This document shows positions 47,944 through 57,968 of a stretch of 64,000 nt of DNA, piece after piece (positions within the stretch are counted from its first letter, which is position 1; each line of letters begins with the position of its first letter). The notes beneath the pieces were generated by a model. That model saw only the letters and a program-made list of their open reading frames with translations. It searched no databases and was not told where the DNA came from. A program made the position numbers and the translations under genes. This DNA is from a virus: the IMG/VR virus record IMGVR_UViG_3300030099_006533. One strand, written 5' to 3'.

Positions 47944-48914
47944 AACGAGTGCTTATTGTTGACGCACTAAACATGTTCTTCAGGGCTTACATTGTAGACC
48001 CCAGTCTTTCAACCAATGGGCAGCCTATTGGCGGCCTCAAGGGTTTTCTCAAGATTCTGCAGAAGCAGATCCGCGAGACCAAGCCTGATCAGGTGGTTAT
48101 TGCGTGGGATGGCTTTGGCGGATCCCGCAAGCGCAAGTCTGTAAATAAGAACTACAAGGAAGGTCGCAAGCCTATCCGTCTAAATCGCTCTATCCGAAAC
48201 ATGACAGAGAATGAGGAGATGGAAAACAAGGTATGGCAGCAGACCCGCGTGTTTGACTACCTTAACGAGATGCCAATTGCACAGATCATGCTTCCCGAGG
48301 TGGAGGCCGATGATGTCATTGCAGCAGTGACCAATCTGGATTACTATAAGGGTTGGCAAAAGGTAATCGTATCCAGCGATAAGGACTTTTTACAGTTGTG
48401 CGATCACGAGACCGTACTGTACCGACCAATCCAGAAGGTGGTAATGAACCGAAATAAGGTCATTGAAGAGTACGGTATTCACCCGGTCAACATGGCCCTT
48501 GCTCGTGCAATTGTGGGCGACAAGTCGGACAACCTTGACGGCATCCCCGGCATCGGCCTAAAGACTGTTGCCAAGCGCTTTCCGTTTATGGAGAATGAGG
48601 AATATTGCACAATTGATAACCTTGTGGAGCACTGTCAATCACACGAGGACTCCAAGCTCAAGGTGTACCAGTCAATTGTAGAGAATCGTGAACTAATTGA
48701 AGAAAACTACGGACTTATGCAGTTGTACGTCCCCTCGCTTTCGGTGCAGGGAAAGCAAAAAATTAAGTATACTGTAGAAAATGCAGAAAAATTCTTCAAT
48801 CAAACTGAAATCAATGTTATGATGCTTGAGGATGGAATGGGAGTGTGGGACTGGTCAACCCTGTTCACAACCATGAAGCGAATTGTATCAGACAACAAGA
48901 ACCGAGAAGAGTAA
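47940..48914 (+). CDS. 5'-3' exonuclease / flap nuclease (PolI N-terminal domain or T4 RNase H-like)
   Basis: IVDALN, YKEGR, EADDVIA, SSDKDFLQL, GDKSDNLDGIPGIG; start at the ATGA overlap. Confidence 0.92.
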   Translation: MKRVLIVDALNMFFRAYIVDPSLSTNGQPIGGLKGFLKILQKQIRETKPDQVVIAWDGFGGSRKRKSVNKNYKEGRKPIRLNRSIRNMTENEEMENKVWQQTRVFDYLNEMPIAQIMLPEVEADDVIAAVTNLDYYKGWQKVIVSSDKDFLQLCDHETVLYRPIQKVVMNRNKVIEEYGIHPVNMALARAIVGDKSDNLDGIPGIGLKTVAKRFPFMENEEYCTIDNLVEHCQSHEDSKLKVYQSIVENRELIEENYGLMQLYVPSLSVQGKQKIKYTVENAEKFFNQTEINVMMLEDGMGVWDWSTLFTTMKRIVSDNKNREE

Positions 48915-50273
48915 ATGGAAGAAAAGGCATCTTTTAGCCGCTACGGGAAAAACTTCCAAGAGGGCCTATGTCAGCTTATCTTGGAAGATCGCCCCTTTGC
49001 TGATCGTATAACGGAAGTGCTCGACTTGAACTTTCTTGAGCTGTCTTATCTACAGACATTTGCCAAGAAGATCATCAATTACCGTGAAAAGTATGGTGTA
49101 CATCCAACGTATAACACCATGCTCACGATCTTTCGCACGGAGCTAGAGGAAGAGCCAGAGATCGTCCAGACTCAGGTACGCAAGTATTTCGCTCGCATTC
49201 ACAAGAGCGACGTCGAAGGCCCAGACTATATTAAGGAAGTTTCTTTGGATTTCTGCCGCAAGCAGAAACTGAAAGAGGCAATGCTCCAATCAGTAAAGTT
49301 GCTCAAGACTTCCTCGTATGATGAAATCTCACAAACCATCAATGATGCCCTAAAGCTTGGTTCAGACAACAATTTTGGATACGACTATGTGGTTGATTTT
49401 GAGGAGCGATTTAAGTTCAAGGCCCGCGACCCGGTAACTACTGGTTGGGACGAAATTGACGACATCTGCAAACAAGGCCTTGGAAAAGGTGAGTTGGGGG
49501 TTGTCATCGCACCCACAGGCGCCGGCAAGTCCATGGTTTTGGTCCATCTGGGCTCAACGGCTGTTCAGGCCGGCAAGACCGTTGTACACTATACATTAGA
49601 GTTGCGAGATACCACTATTGCCTGTCGATATGACAGCTGTCTCACGGGTATCCCCCTTGGTGAGTTGACAAATTTTAAGGATGACATTTTTGAGGCAGTG
49701 CAAGAGGTAGAAGGTCAGCTGATCGTCAAGGAGTATCCTACTAAATCAGCCAGTATTAAAACCATCAAAACGCACTTAGAGACTCTAAAAAAGAGGGATA
49801 TTCATCCCGATATGATCATCGTTGATTATGCAGATCTGTTGCGATCAATTAGCAATCATCGAGAGAAAAGAATGGAACTTGAATCTATTTATGAAGGACT
49901 ACGAGGTCTAGCACAGGAGTTCGACTGCGGAATTTGGACAGCTTCACAAACGAATCGTTCTGGCCTTAATGCTGAGGTTATTACGATGGAGTCAATTTCC
50001 GAAGCGTTTAACAAGTGCTTCGTCGCGGACTTCATCTTCTCAGTCTCCAGAACAGTTCAGGACAAGACGACCAACAGCGGCAGAATCTTCGTTGCAAAGA
50101 ATCGAAATGGTCCAGACGGGATTATCTATCCTATCTATATGGACACAAGTCGGGTAAAGATCAAAGTCTTCGCCAGTCAAAATGAAACAATTGAAAGTGT
50201 GGCCGCTGTATCAGCCAAAGAGCAACAAAAGTCACTAAAAGAAAAGTACAAGAAATTTAAGGAGAACAATTAG
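48915..50273 (+). CDS. dnaB: Replicative DnaB-like helicase
   Basis: Walker A APTGAGKS, HYTLE, IVDYADL, ASQTNR, KNRNG. Confidence 0.92.
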   Translation: MEEKASFSRYGKNFQEGLCQLILEDRPFADRITEVLDLNFLELSYLQTFAKKIINYREKYGVHPTYNTMLTIFRTELEEEPEIVQTQVRKYFARIHKSDVEGPDYIKEVSLDFCRKQKLKEAMLQSVKLLKTSSYDEISQTINDALKLGSDNNFGYDYVVDFEERFKFKARDPVTTGWDEIDDICKQGLGKGELGVVIAPTGAGKSMVLVHLGSTAVQAGKTVVHYTLELRDTTIACRYDSCLTGIPLGELTNFKDDIFEAVQEVEGQLIVKEYPTKSASIKTIKTHLETLKKRDIHPDMIIVDYADLLRSISNHREKRMELESIYEGLRGLAQEFDCGIWTASQTNRSGLNAEVITMESISEAFNKCFVADFIFSVSRTVQDKTTNSGRIFVAKNRNGPDGIIYPIYMDTSRVKIKVFASQNETIESVAAVSAKEQQKSLKEKYKKFKENN

Positions 50274-50275
50274 TA

Positions 50276-52243
50276 ATGAAAGAGACAACCGTGAGAAAGT
50301 TCCGACTATCGGACACATTTATTGAGCCCTATACAACTGCCGAGGTGCCCTGGGGCCCCCTAGGGTATGTTACGTTTAAACGCACATATGCTCGTAGGCT
50401 GAGCGAGTTTGAGGCAGCTGCTGAAGGCACAGAAGAGTGGTATCAGACCTGCCGACGCGTTATTGAAGGCATGTTTACAATTCAGAAACGACATGTATTC
50501 ATGCTAGGCCTTGAATGGAACGACGCCAAAGCCCAGCGCACAGCTAAGGATGCTTATGATCGCCTATTCAATCTCAAGTGGACGCCCCCGGGCCGCGGCC
50601 TTTGGATGATGGGTACCGAGTTTGTAGAAACACGCACCGGCGCCGGCCTTTTCAACTGTGCTTTCCGCTCTACACGCGATCTATCAGCAAAGGGTGGCTA
50701 TTTGTTCGCATGGATTATGGATGCCCTCATGGTTGGCATCGGCGTGGGTTTTGATACTCTCGGAGCAGGCACAGTCACTATCAAGGAGCCTAGTTGGACT
50801 GATGAGGTCTATGCAATCGAGGATTCACGAGAGGGCTGGGTTAACAGTGTTCGTCTACTGATTGACGGGTATATGTTCGGCTCCCAGGTACCGCAGTTTG
50901 ATTATTCCAATATTCGTCCTCACGGCGCCCCCATCCGCGGCTTCGGTGGCACGTCCTCCGGCCCGGATCCTCTTATTGAGTTACACGACAATCTAAAGAA
51001 TCTTTACTCTGGAAAGATCGGAGAACAGATTACTTCTGTTGACATTGTTGACACTGAAAATCTCATCGGCCGTTGTGTTGTTGCGGGTAACGTCCGCCGC
51101 TCTGCAGCGCTGGCTCTTGGCTCCCATGATGATATGGAATACTTGCAGATGAAGAACGATCAGGAGGCACTGTACCACCATCGCTGGGGCTCCAACAACT
51201 CGTTTCACGCAAAGGTGGGCATGGACTACACTTGGCATGCCAACCAGTCGCAGAACAATGGTGAGCCTGGGTATATCTGGCTTGATAACGCTCGCTCAAG
51301 GGGCCGCTTCAAAGATCCCGAGCGCTATGATGACCGCAACATTATGGGCTTTAATCCATGTGTTGAGCAACAGCTTGAAGATGCTGAGTTGTGCTGCCTA
51401 GTAGAGACGTTCCCGGCTAAGCACGAGACTTACGAAGATTACCTGAAGACTCTCAAGATTGCTTATCTATATGGCAAAACAGTAACCTTGGTGAACACCC
51501 ACTGGCCCGAGACTAATGCAATCATGCTTAAGAATCGCCGGATCGGCCTCTCACAGTCAGGTGTCGTTCAGGCGTTCAACAAGCACGGCCGACGCACAAT
51601 GCTAAACTGGTGTGATCGTGCTTATGATCATGTGCAGGATCTTGACGAACAGTATTCTAATTGGCTGTGTATTCCGCGCTCTATCAGAATGACATCTATC
51701 AAGCCTTCTGGCACCGTGTCATTGTTGAACGGCTCAACACCCGGCATCCACTTCCCAGAGGACGAGTACTACATTCGTCGCATTCGTTTCTCAACAACTT
51801 CAGAATTGCTTGAAAAACTAAAGGAAAACGGGTATACTATTGAAAAGGATGCTTATTCTCCCAACACGATGGTTGTTGAGTTCCCGGTTAGGGAGCCGTA
51901 CTTCCAGAAGGGTAAGAGGGATGCAAGTATGTGGGAGCAGCTTGAGATCGCAGCGCAGTATCAGCACTATTGGGCAGACAATTCAGTTTCTGTAACCGTA
52001 TCATTCAAGCCCGAAGAAGGCGACCAGCTTCGCGAAGCTTTGGAGATGTATGAAACCAGACTAAAAGCTGTGTCTTTCCTCAAGTACGAAGAGACTGGAT
52101 ATGAGCAGGCCCCATATGAGCCCATTACAGAGGAAAAGTATGAAGAAATGGTAAGCAGGATCACCCCGTTCCAGCGCGCCAACGTGACCACCGGTGGAGC
52201 CGGCACTAAATTTTGTGATGGAGACACCTGTGTCATAAACTAG
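50276..52243 (+). CDS. nrdJ: Class II (B12-dependent) monomeric ribonucleotide reductase
   Basis: PPGRGLW, FNCAF, GNVRRSA, FNPCVEQ, ELCCLVE, IKPSGTVS. Confidence 0.92.
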   Translation: MKETTVRKFRLSDTFIEPYTTAEVPWGPLGYVTFKRTYARRLSEFEAAAEGTEEWYQTCRRVIEGMFTIQKRHVFMLGLEWNDAKAQRTAKDAYDRLFNLKWTPPGRGLWMMGTEFVETRTGAGLFNCAFRSTRDLSAKGGYLFAWIMDALMVGIGVGFDTLGAGTVTIKEPSWTDEVYAIEDSREGWVNSVRLLIDGYMFGSQVPQFDYSNIRPHGAPIRGFGGTSSGPDPLIELHDNLKNLYSGKIGEQITSVDIVDTENLIGRCVVAGNVRRSAALALGSHDDMEYLQMKNDQEALYHHRWGSNNSFHAKVGMDYTWHANQSQNNGEPGYIWLDNARSRGRFKDPERYDDRNIMGFNPCVEQQLEDAELCCLVETFPAKHETYEDYLKTLKIAYLYGKTVTLVNTHWPETNAIMLKNRRIGLSQSGVVQAFNKHGRRTMLNWCDRAYDHVQDLDEQYSNWLCIPRSIRMTSIKPSGTVSLLNGSTPGIHFPEDEYYIRRIRFSTTSELLEKLKENGYTIEKDAYSPNTMVVEFPVREPYFQKGKRDASMWEQLEIAAQYQHYWADNSVSVTVSFKPEEGDQLREALEMYETRLKAVSFLKYEETGYEQAPYEPITEEKYEEMVSRITPFQRANVTTGGAGTKFCDGDTCVIN

Positions 52244-52255
52244 GAGTTTAGTAAA

Positions 52256-52501
52256 GTGCGATATACCAAACTAAATCATTTGCTGGAAGCTCGATTAGCT
52301 AAAGGCACTTGTGCTGGCACTAACAGACTTCACCACTGGGTCGCTAGTGGTGAAGTCAGGGCAACTCAGGGACAAAATGTGTTTGTTAGCTTGAGGTGTC
52401 AGCGATGTAATATGAGAGAAACAGCATTATTAAATGCTAGCCAATATGAACTACAAAAACGAGTTATTAATAACTCACTTAACGAGCAGGAGAAGCTATG
52501 A
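52256..52501 (+). CDS. Small hypothetical protein with possible Zn ligands
   Basis: GTG start, AGGAG SD; C...HHW...CQRC. Confidence 0.6.
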   Translation: MRYTKLNHLLEARLAKGTCAGTNRLHHWVASGEVRATQGQNVFVSLRCQRCNMRETALLNASQYELQKRVINNSLNEQEKL

Positions 52502-52779
52502 GCACATTCGTGCCTTTTAACCGACACATTTTGGTTCAACGCCAACCAAGAAAGCAGCAGGAAACTGACATCCTACTGCCAGAAGAATATACTAGTAGTC
52601 AGAAGACTCACGAGGTAGTAACTGTCCTTGGTGCATCACCAAATTGTGCGTTTATCGACAGAGTACCACCAGACACTCAGATTGTTGTTTTGTCTAATTT
52701 CCTTGAGGAAATCAAGGTGGGGTCTGAGACTCACACTGTTATTCTTGAGAACTACGTCCTAGGCGCCGTTTCTTCTTGA
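52498..52779 (+). CDS. groES: GroES-like co-chaperonin
   Basis: FVPFNRHILV...ILLP...VLG...VILENYVLG. Confidence 0.7.
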   Translation: MSTFVPFNRHILVQRQPRKQQETDILLPEEYTSSQKTHEVVTVLGASPNCAFIDRVPPDTQIVVLSNFLEEIKVGSETHTVILENYVLGAVSS

Positions 52780-52792
52780 GCCCGGACAGGCA

Positions 52793-53626
52793 GTGAAAGG
52801 GCATACGCACAGATATGAAAAAATAATCATTGGTGACTCACTAGAGGCCCTGCTGATGGGCTATAAGGAGGGCCGACCAGTGATCACTTTGAATCCTATA
52901 GAGCCTTTCTTTTTTGAGACCTATAATTCCGCAGTTGACTTATCTTTCCTAGGTATAGAAAACAAAGAGCGAATTATAAAAACGCCAGATGATGAGATCA
53001 AGGTAGGAATCAAAAAGCAAGAGGTATATCGAAAAGTAGCCATGGTTATGGCACTTGCTGGTTTATTACCTTTTGCGGGCAAAGCCATCTCAATGAGGCA
53101 AGTGGAAGATAAAAAAGTGCGTGTGGTTTTGGACCATGCTAGATCGGCATTCTTCACGTTTGACAGTTCGGTAACCGTAGGCAACAATATACTAGATCCA
53201 GAAATCCCTCCAAAATATTTGGTTTTAGATTGGATGGATGTCCGTTCTGGCATGGTCCACCCCTTTGACCGGATAGAAAAGTATACAGACTTTGTTAAGT
53301 GTATACATTTTTATCCATCTGACCGACTCGACGGCGCACACGATAAAAAAGACCTTGTATGTGTATCACAGCTTACAAGAGAACAGATGAACAACTATGA
53401 ATATTCAGACACTTACGCTAGGTTTGAAGTATTAGACTCGATGAAAAGAGCGGGCATTCGCGGCGCCCGCAACGGCCGTGATCCGAATCGGCCTGGAAAA
53501 TATAAGCACTATGCTGTAAAATTAGAAACAAACAGAAGAGAGGCTTACCCGATATATTCAAAGATTGAGTACAAGCCACAGCCCACAGCACATCGTAATT
53601 TAAAACTTTTGACGGACGTTTTTTGA
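52793..53626 (+). CDS. Hypothetical protein with a Rossmann-like N-terminus
   Basis: YEKIIIGDSLEAL resembles a degenerate beta1-GxG-alpha dinucleotide-binding start. Confidence 0.65.
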   Translation: MKGHTHRYEKIIIGDSLEALLMGYKEGRPVITLNPIEPFFFETYNSAVDLSFLGIENKERIIKTPDDEIKVGIKKQEVYRKVAMVMALAGLLPFAGKAISMRQVEDKKVRVVLDHARSAFFTFDSSVTVGNNILDPEIPPKYLVLDWMDVRSGMVHPFDRIEKYTDFVKCIHFYPSDRLDGAHDKKDLVCVSQLTREQMNNYEYSDTYARFEVLDSMKRAGIRGARNGRDPNRPGKYKHYAVKLETNRREAYPIYSKIEYKPQPTAHRNLKLLTDVF

Positions 53627-54504
53627 GACTAAGAAGGAGACACATTGCTGGCGTAATTCCAGTTGCAGGCCATGAAGACACCATCGATGTACCATGGTCA
53701 GATTGTATGATGCCGGTAGCACACAACATGCTTGCAATTGAGCGAGCAGTGCTGGAGTGTGCGTATGCTGGGTGTAAAACAATTTGGATTGTTTGCAATG
53801 ATGACATGGCGCCGTTGATAAAAGAAAGGACCGGAGAATACGTTTTCGACCCAGTGTACCACTATCGCAAGGAGAGGTGGTCACATGAGATGAGAAGGGT
53901 GATCCCGATTTTCTATGTTCCGATTCATGCAAAAGATTTGAATAAAAGAGATTGTTTGGCTTGGTCCATCTTATACGGCTCTGTGACGGCCTTCAAGATT
54001 GGCAAAACGCTGAGCGGCTGGGTCACACCATACAGATACTATGTATCCTTCCCACAAGGCGTGTACGACCCATCCCTTGTCAGAGAGCACAGGAATCTTA
54101 TAAAGAAGCAGGAAGTGTTCGCGCTGTCTCACAACGATGAGACTTTCAAAAACAATCACTATTTAGGATTTACTTTTGGAAAAGATGAATGGCTTGCAAT
54201 GCGCCGCGTGATTCGCTCTGGTACAGGAGCGTTCACGTCGGATGATCTAAAAGATGGGCAATATCCAAGGACGTTGCTGCCCTTAGAAGAAAGATACTCA
54301 GCACGCTATTTTACGCTTGACAAAGTAGCAGAACCTGTTAATATAGAACATGTACAGGAGATTGACGACTATTATTCGATTCAAGACTGGGAATCGTATG
54401 TAAAATATATGTCATCAGGAAAAGTTTTAGATTGCGATGTTTCTTACTTGACAAGAGGTAAGAAATTGAATAAAATGTGTATAGACAGTGAGGATATTAC
54501 ATGA
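53623..54504 (+). CDS. Divergent sugar-nucleotidyltransferase (NTP_transferase) fold protein
   Basis: IAGVIPVAG...MMPV...AIERAVLECAYAGCKTIWIV; lacks the canonical GTR/PK residues. Confidence 0.65.
   Translation: MRLRRRHIAGVIPVAGHEDTIDVPWSDCMMPVAHNMLAIERAVLECAYAGCKTIWIVCNDDMAPLIKERTGEYVFDPVYHYRKERWSHEMRRVIPIFYVPIHAKDLNKRDCLAWSILYGSVTAFKIGKTLSGWVTPYRYYVSFPQGVYDPSLVREHRNLIKKQEVFALSHNDETFKNNHYLGFTFGKDEWLAMRRVIRSGTGAFTSDDLKDGQYPRTLLPLEERYSARYFTLDKVAEPVNIEHVQEIDDYYSIQDWESYVKYMSSGKVLDCDVSYLTRGKKLNKMCIDSEDIT
54448..54476 (+). promoter_or_regulatory. Sigma70-type promoter for dnaE embedded in the upstream CDS
   Basis: TTGACA-17 nt-TAAAAT; a second candidate TTGACA-16 nt-TGnTAATAT at 54317-54344. Confidence 0.55.
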
Positions 54505-57500
54505 CAGGCCCCAAAATTAAATTCGTTAACCTTCATGCCCACAGCGTGGCAGGTTCTATCTTTGATGCTATCGGCTATCCGTCCGATCATATGGACTTCG
54601 CACACGCTAATGGTCTAGACGCCCTTGCGCTCACCGACCATGGCAACATGAATGGGTTGGCATATCAGGTTCTCCACGGCCGCAAGATGGCCGAAGAGGG
54701 CAAGAACTTCAAGCCTATCTATGGGGTCGAGGCCTATTTCATTCCTTCGCTCGATGAGTGGCGTGACGAGTATGAGCAGGTCATGCAGGACAAGAAGAAG
54801 GCACGCGAGCACGCTAAGGGCAAGCAGTCCGGGGCCACAGTTGAAGATTCCGCAGAGTCCAAGCGTGCCACAAACAATATCCTCAAGCGCCGCTCTCACC
54901 TGATCCTGCTGGCTCAGAACCAGACTGGTCTGAACAATATCTTCAAGCTGGTGTCTGAGAGCTATAAGCCAGAAAACTACTATCGATACCCGCGTATCGA
55001 CTTTGAAATGTTGGAGAAGCATAATGAAGGTATCGTTGCTGCTAGTGCATGCCTTGGTGGTGTGTATGCTTCTGACTTCTGGCGTTCAAGCACTTATGAC
55101 GATGAGGGCAACCGCACCGGCTTCGACCGAGATGCTGCCCTTGAGTCCATGCGAAAGACAACCAGTCGTATGGTTGACATTTTCGGTGATCGCTGGTATG
55201 CCGAGTTGCAGTGGAACAACATTCCAGAGCAGCACCACCTTAACCAGCTTGTTGTACAGGTAGCAGACGAGCATAATGTAAAGTTGATCTCAACCGCCGA
55301 CAGCCACTACCCTAATCCTGATGCCTGGAAGGACCGGGAGCTTTACAATCGCCTCGGTTGGCTTGGTAAGGGCCGGCCCTCATGGGCAGAGGAAGATTCA
55401 GATCTGCCTGTCGATGTTGACGAGGTTGGCTATGAGCTATATCCTAAGAATGGCGACCAGATGTGGGAGTCATACAAGAAGTATTCTGCAATGTGCAATG
55501 AAGAGTACGACGATGACCTTATTCTAGAGTCCATCACGAATACTTACTCTATTGCTCACGACAGAATCGAGAACTTCTTCCCAGACAACACGGTTCGTCT
55601 GCCAGACTTTGTTGTACCCGCAGGTATGTCAGCCACCGATGCGCTGATCAAGCTGTCTATGGACGGCCTGAACGAAATGGGCTTCGCGGACAATCAGGAG
55701 TACATTGACCGCCTCCGCCATGAGCTTAAGGTTATCGATGACCGAGGATTCTCCAAGTACTTCCTGACAATGAAGGCAATCTCCGACCGCGCCACAGAAT
55801 CAATGCTCACCGGCCCGGGCCGCGGCTCTGCCGCTGGCTCGCTGGTTGCTTATGTGCTGCGCATCACACAGGTTGACCCAATCAAGTATGGTCTTCTGTT
55901 CTCTCGCTTCCTGCGCTCTGACGCCACAGACTATCCTGATATCGATTACGATGTGGCTGACCCAATGGTACTCAAGGAGCAGTTGATCGAGGAGTGGGGC
56001 GAGGATACTGTTGCTCCAATCTCCAACTGGAACACGCTACAGCTTCGCTCGCTCATCAAGGACATCTCAAAGTTCTATGGTGTCGAGTATACCGAGGTCA
56101 ACAAAGTAACCTCTGTCATGATGTCAGAAGCCACTCCGCTGGCAAAGCAAAAGCATGGTATCAAGGCTGGTATTTATGCCCCAACTTGGCAGGAGGTTGT
56201 CGAGTTTAGTCCGACGCTTCGTACCTTCCTTGAGACCTATCCAGATATCAAGACTCACGTTGAGACTTTGGTTGGTCAGGTTCGTAGCTGTAGCCGCCAT
56301 GCTGGTGGCGTTGTGGTGGCAGAGAATCTAGACCATCACATGCCGCTGATCAACTCGGGTGGAGTCCGTCAGACTCCGTGGTCAGAGGGTCAGAACGTTC
56401 GTCATCTAGAGCCCATGGGCTTTATTAAGTTCGACTTGCTTGGTCTGGCTTCTCTTCGTATGATTGACGGTGCAGTTCGGCATATTCTCACTCGCCACCA
56501 CGGTATTGAGAACCCGACATTTGCAGACGTCAAGAGGTATTACGATGAAAACCTGCATCCAGACGTCATCAACCTTGATGATCAGGATGTATACGAAAAC
56601 GTATTCCATCAAGGTAAGTGGGCTGGTGTCTTCCAGTTTACTGAGTCTGGCGCACAGAACTTCTGTGTTCGTGCAAAGCCGCAGAGCATTGTTGACATCT
56701 CAGCCATTACGTCTATCTTCCGTCCAGGCCCATTGTCTGCTGGCGTCGATGACCAGTATGTTGAGGCCAAGGAAAGCCCTCAGTATATCAAGTATGTACA
56801 TCCGCTTGTGCAGGAAGTAACTGAGGAGACGTTCGGTTTCCTTATCTTCCAAGAGCAGATTGCTCTTCTGGCTCACAAGCTAGGCAAGGATGTCAGCCTT
56901 GACGAGGGTAACAAGCTGCGAAAGCTGCTTACTAAGAAGGGTACTGGCAAGGGCGCCCGCGAGAAGAACAAGATTCATAAGAAGTTTATCGAAGGCTGTG
57001 TTGAAAAGGGATTGCAGAAGTCCACAGGCCAGCGCCTTTGGGAAACCTTTGAATACTTCTCGGGCTACGGCTTCAACAAGTCCCACGCGGTTTCGTACAG
57101 TATCCTGTCGTTCCAGTGTGCTTGGCTTCTCAACTACTACCCGGCTGAGTGGATCGCAGCATTCCTTGATAAGGAACCTGAGTCTCGCAAGGAGAAGGCC
57201 ATCAGTGTGGCCAAGAACTTTGGTTTCGATATCAAGGCTCTAAATGTAAACACCTCTGGCCGTGTGTGGGAGATTAATGAAGATGGCTCGACACTGATCC
57301 AACCCTTCAGTTCTATCAAGGGGCTGGGTGATGCTGCTATCGATCAGATTCTCGCCAATCGACCGTTTGAAGACATTGAAGACTTCCTGTTCAATGACGG
57401 CATTTCATACTCTAAGCTGAATAAGAAGGCTCTGGATGTGCTCATCCGCAGCGAATCGCTTGACAGCCTGATGGACGAGAGGTTTACTGGCACCAAGCAC

Positions 57501-57962
57501 TTCTGGTCTGCAGTTGCTGTTGACCGGCCAAAGAACAAGAAGAAGTTCCTAGAGAACGTCGAACTATACCGACCCGAAGGGGAGTTCACAGAGGAAGAGA
57601 AGATCCAATCTATTGTTGACCTGACTGGTGTGTTCCCGATGTCTCGCGTTATTGATGATGATATTATGCAGAGGCTTGAGGAGAAGTTCATCCCGCCCAT
57701 TGCCGAATTCGATCCAGACCTGCAGGTGACTTGGTTCATTCCACGCAAGATTGTTCCGAAGAAGACTAAGAATGGTAAGCTTTATTGGATTCTGGAAGTT
57801 ATTGACTCTACCAATGCGTTGACTAAGATTCGTTGTTGGGGTGTGCAGCCTGATAAGGATCGGATTCTTTTGAACCGCCCATATCTAGCAAAGCTAGACT
57901 TCAACACGCAGTGGGGATTCAGCACACGCTCGATTCGCTACAATTTCCGATTGCTCGGATAG
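54501..57962 (+). CDS. dnaE: DNA polymerase III alpha subunit (family C)
   Basis: PHP domain FVNLHAHS, LTDHGNMNG, TADSHY; GPGRGSAAGSLVAY; catalytic DYPDIDYD; HAGGVV; KFDLLGL; YGFNKSHAVSY. Confidence 0.97.
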   Translation: MTGPKIKFVNLHAHSVAGSIFDAIGYPSDHMDFAHANGLDALALTDHGNMNGLAYQVLHGRKMAEEGKNFKPIYGVEAYFIPSLDEWRDEYEQVMQDKKKAREHAKGKQSGATVEDSAESKRATNNILKRRSHLILLAQNQTGLNNIFKLVSESYKPENYYRYPRIDFEMLEKHNEGIVAASACLGGVYASDFWRSSTYDDEGNRTGFDRDAALESMRKTTSRMVDIFGDRWYAELQWNNIPEQHHLNQLVVQVADEHNVKLISTADSHYPNPDAWKDRELYNRLGWLGKGRPSWAEEDSDLPVDVDEVGYELYPKNGDQMWESYKKYSAMCNEEYDDDLILESITNTYSIAHDRIENFFPDNTVRLPDFVVPAGMSATDALIKLSMDGLNEMGFADNQEYIDRLRHELKVIDDRGFSKYFLTMKAISDRATESMLTGPGRGSAAGSLVAYVLRITQVDPIKYGLLFSRFLRSDATDYPDIDYDVADPMVLKEQLIEEWGEDTVAPISNWNTLQLRSLIKDISKFYGVEYTEVNKVTSVMMSEATPLAKQKHGIKAGIYAPTWQEVVEFSPTLRTFLETYPDIKTHVETLVGQVRSCSRHAGGVVVAENLDHHMPLINSGGVRQTPWSEGQNVRHLEPMGFIKFDLLGLASLRMIDGAVRHILTRHHGIENPTFADVKRYYDENLHPDVINLDDQDVYENVFHQGKWAGVFQFTESGAQNFCVRAKPQSIVDISAITSIFRPGPLSAGVDDQYVEAKESPQYIKYVHPLVQEVTEETFGFLIFQEQIALLAHKLGKDVSLDEGNKLRKLLTKKGTGKGAREKNKIHKKFIEGCVEKGLQKSTGQRLWETFEYFSGYGFNKSHAVSYSILSFQCAWLLNYYPAEWIAAFLDKEPESRKEKAISVAKNFGFDIKALNVNTSGRVWEINEDGSTLIQPFSSIKGLGDAAIDQILANRPFEDIEDFLFNDGISYSKLNKKALDVLIRSESLDSLMDERFTGTKHFWSAVAVDRPKNKKKFLENVELYRPEGEFTEEEKIQSIVDLTGVFPMSRVIDDDIMQRLEEKFIPPIAEFDPDLQVTWFIPRKIVPKKTKNGKLYWILEVIDSTNALTKIRCWGVQPDKDRILLNRPYLAKLDFNTQWGFSTRSIRYNFRLLG

Positions 57963-57968
57963 TTAGTA

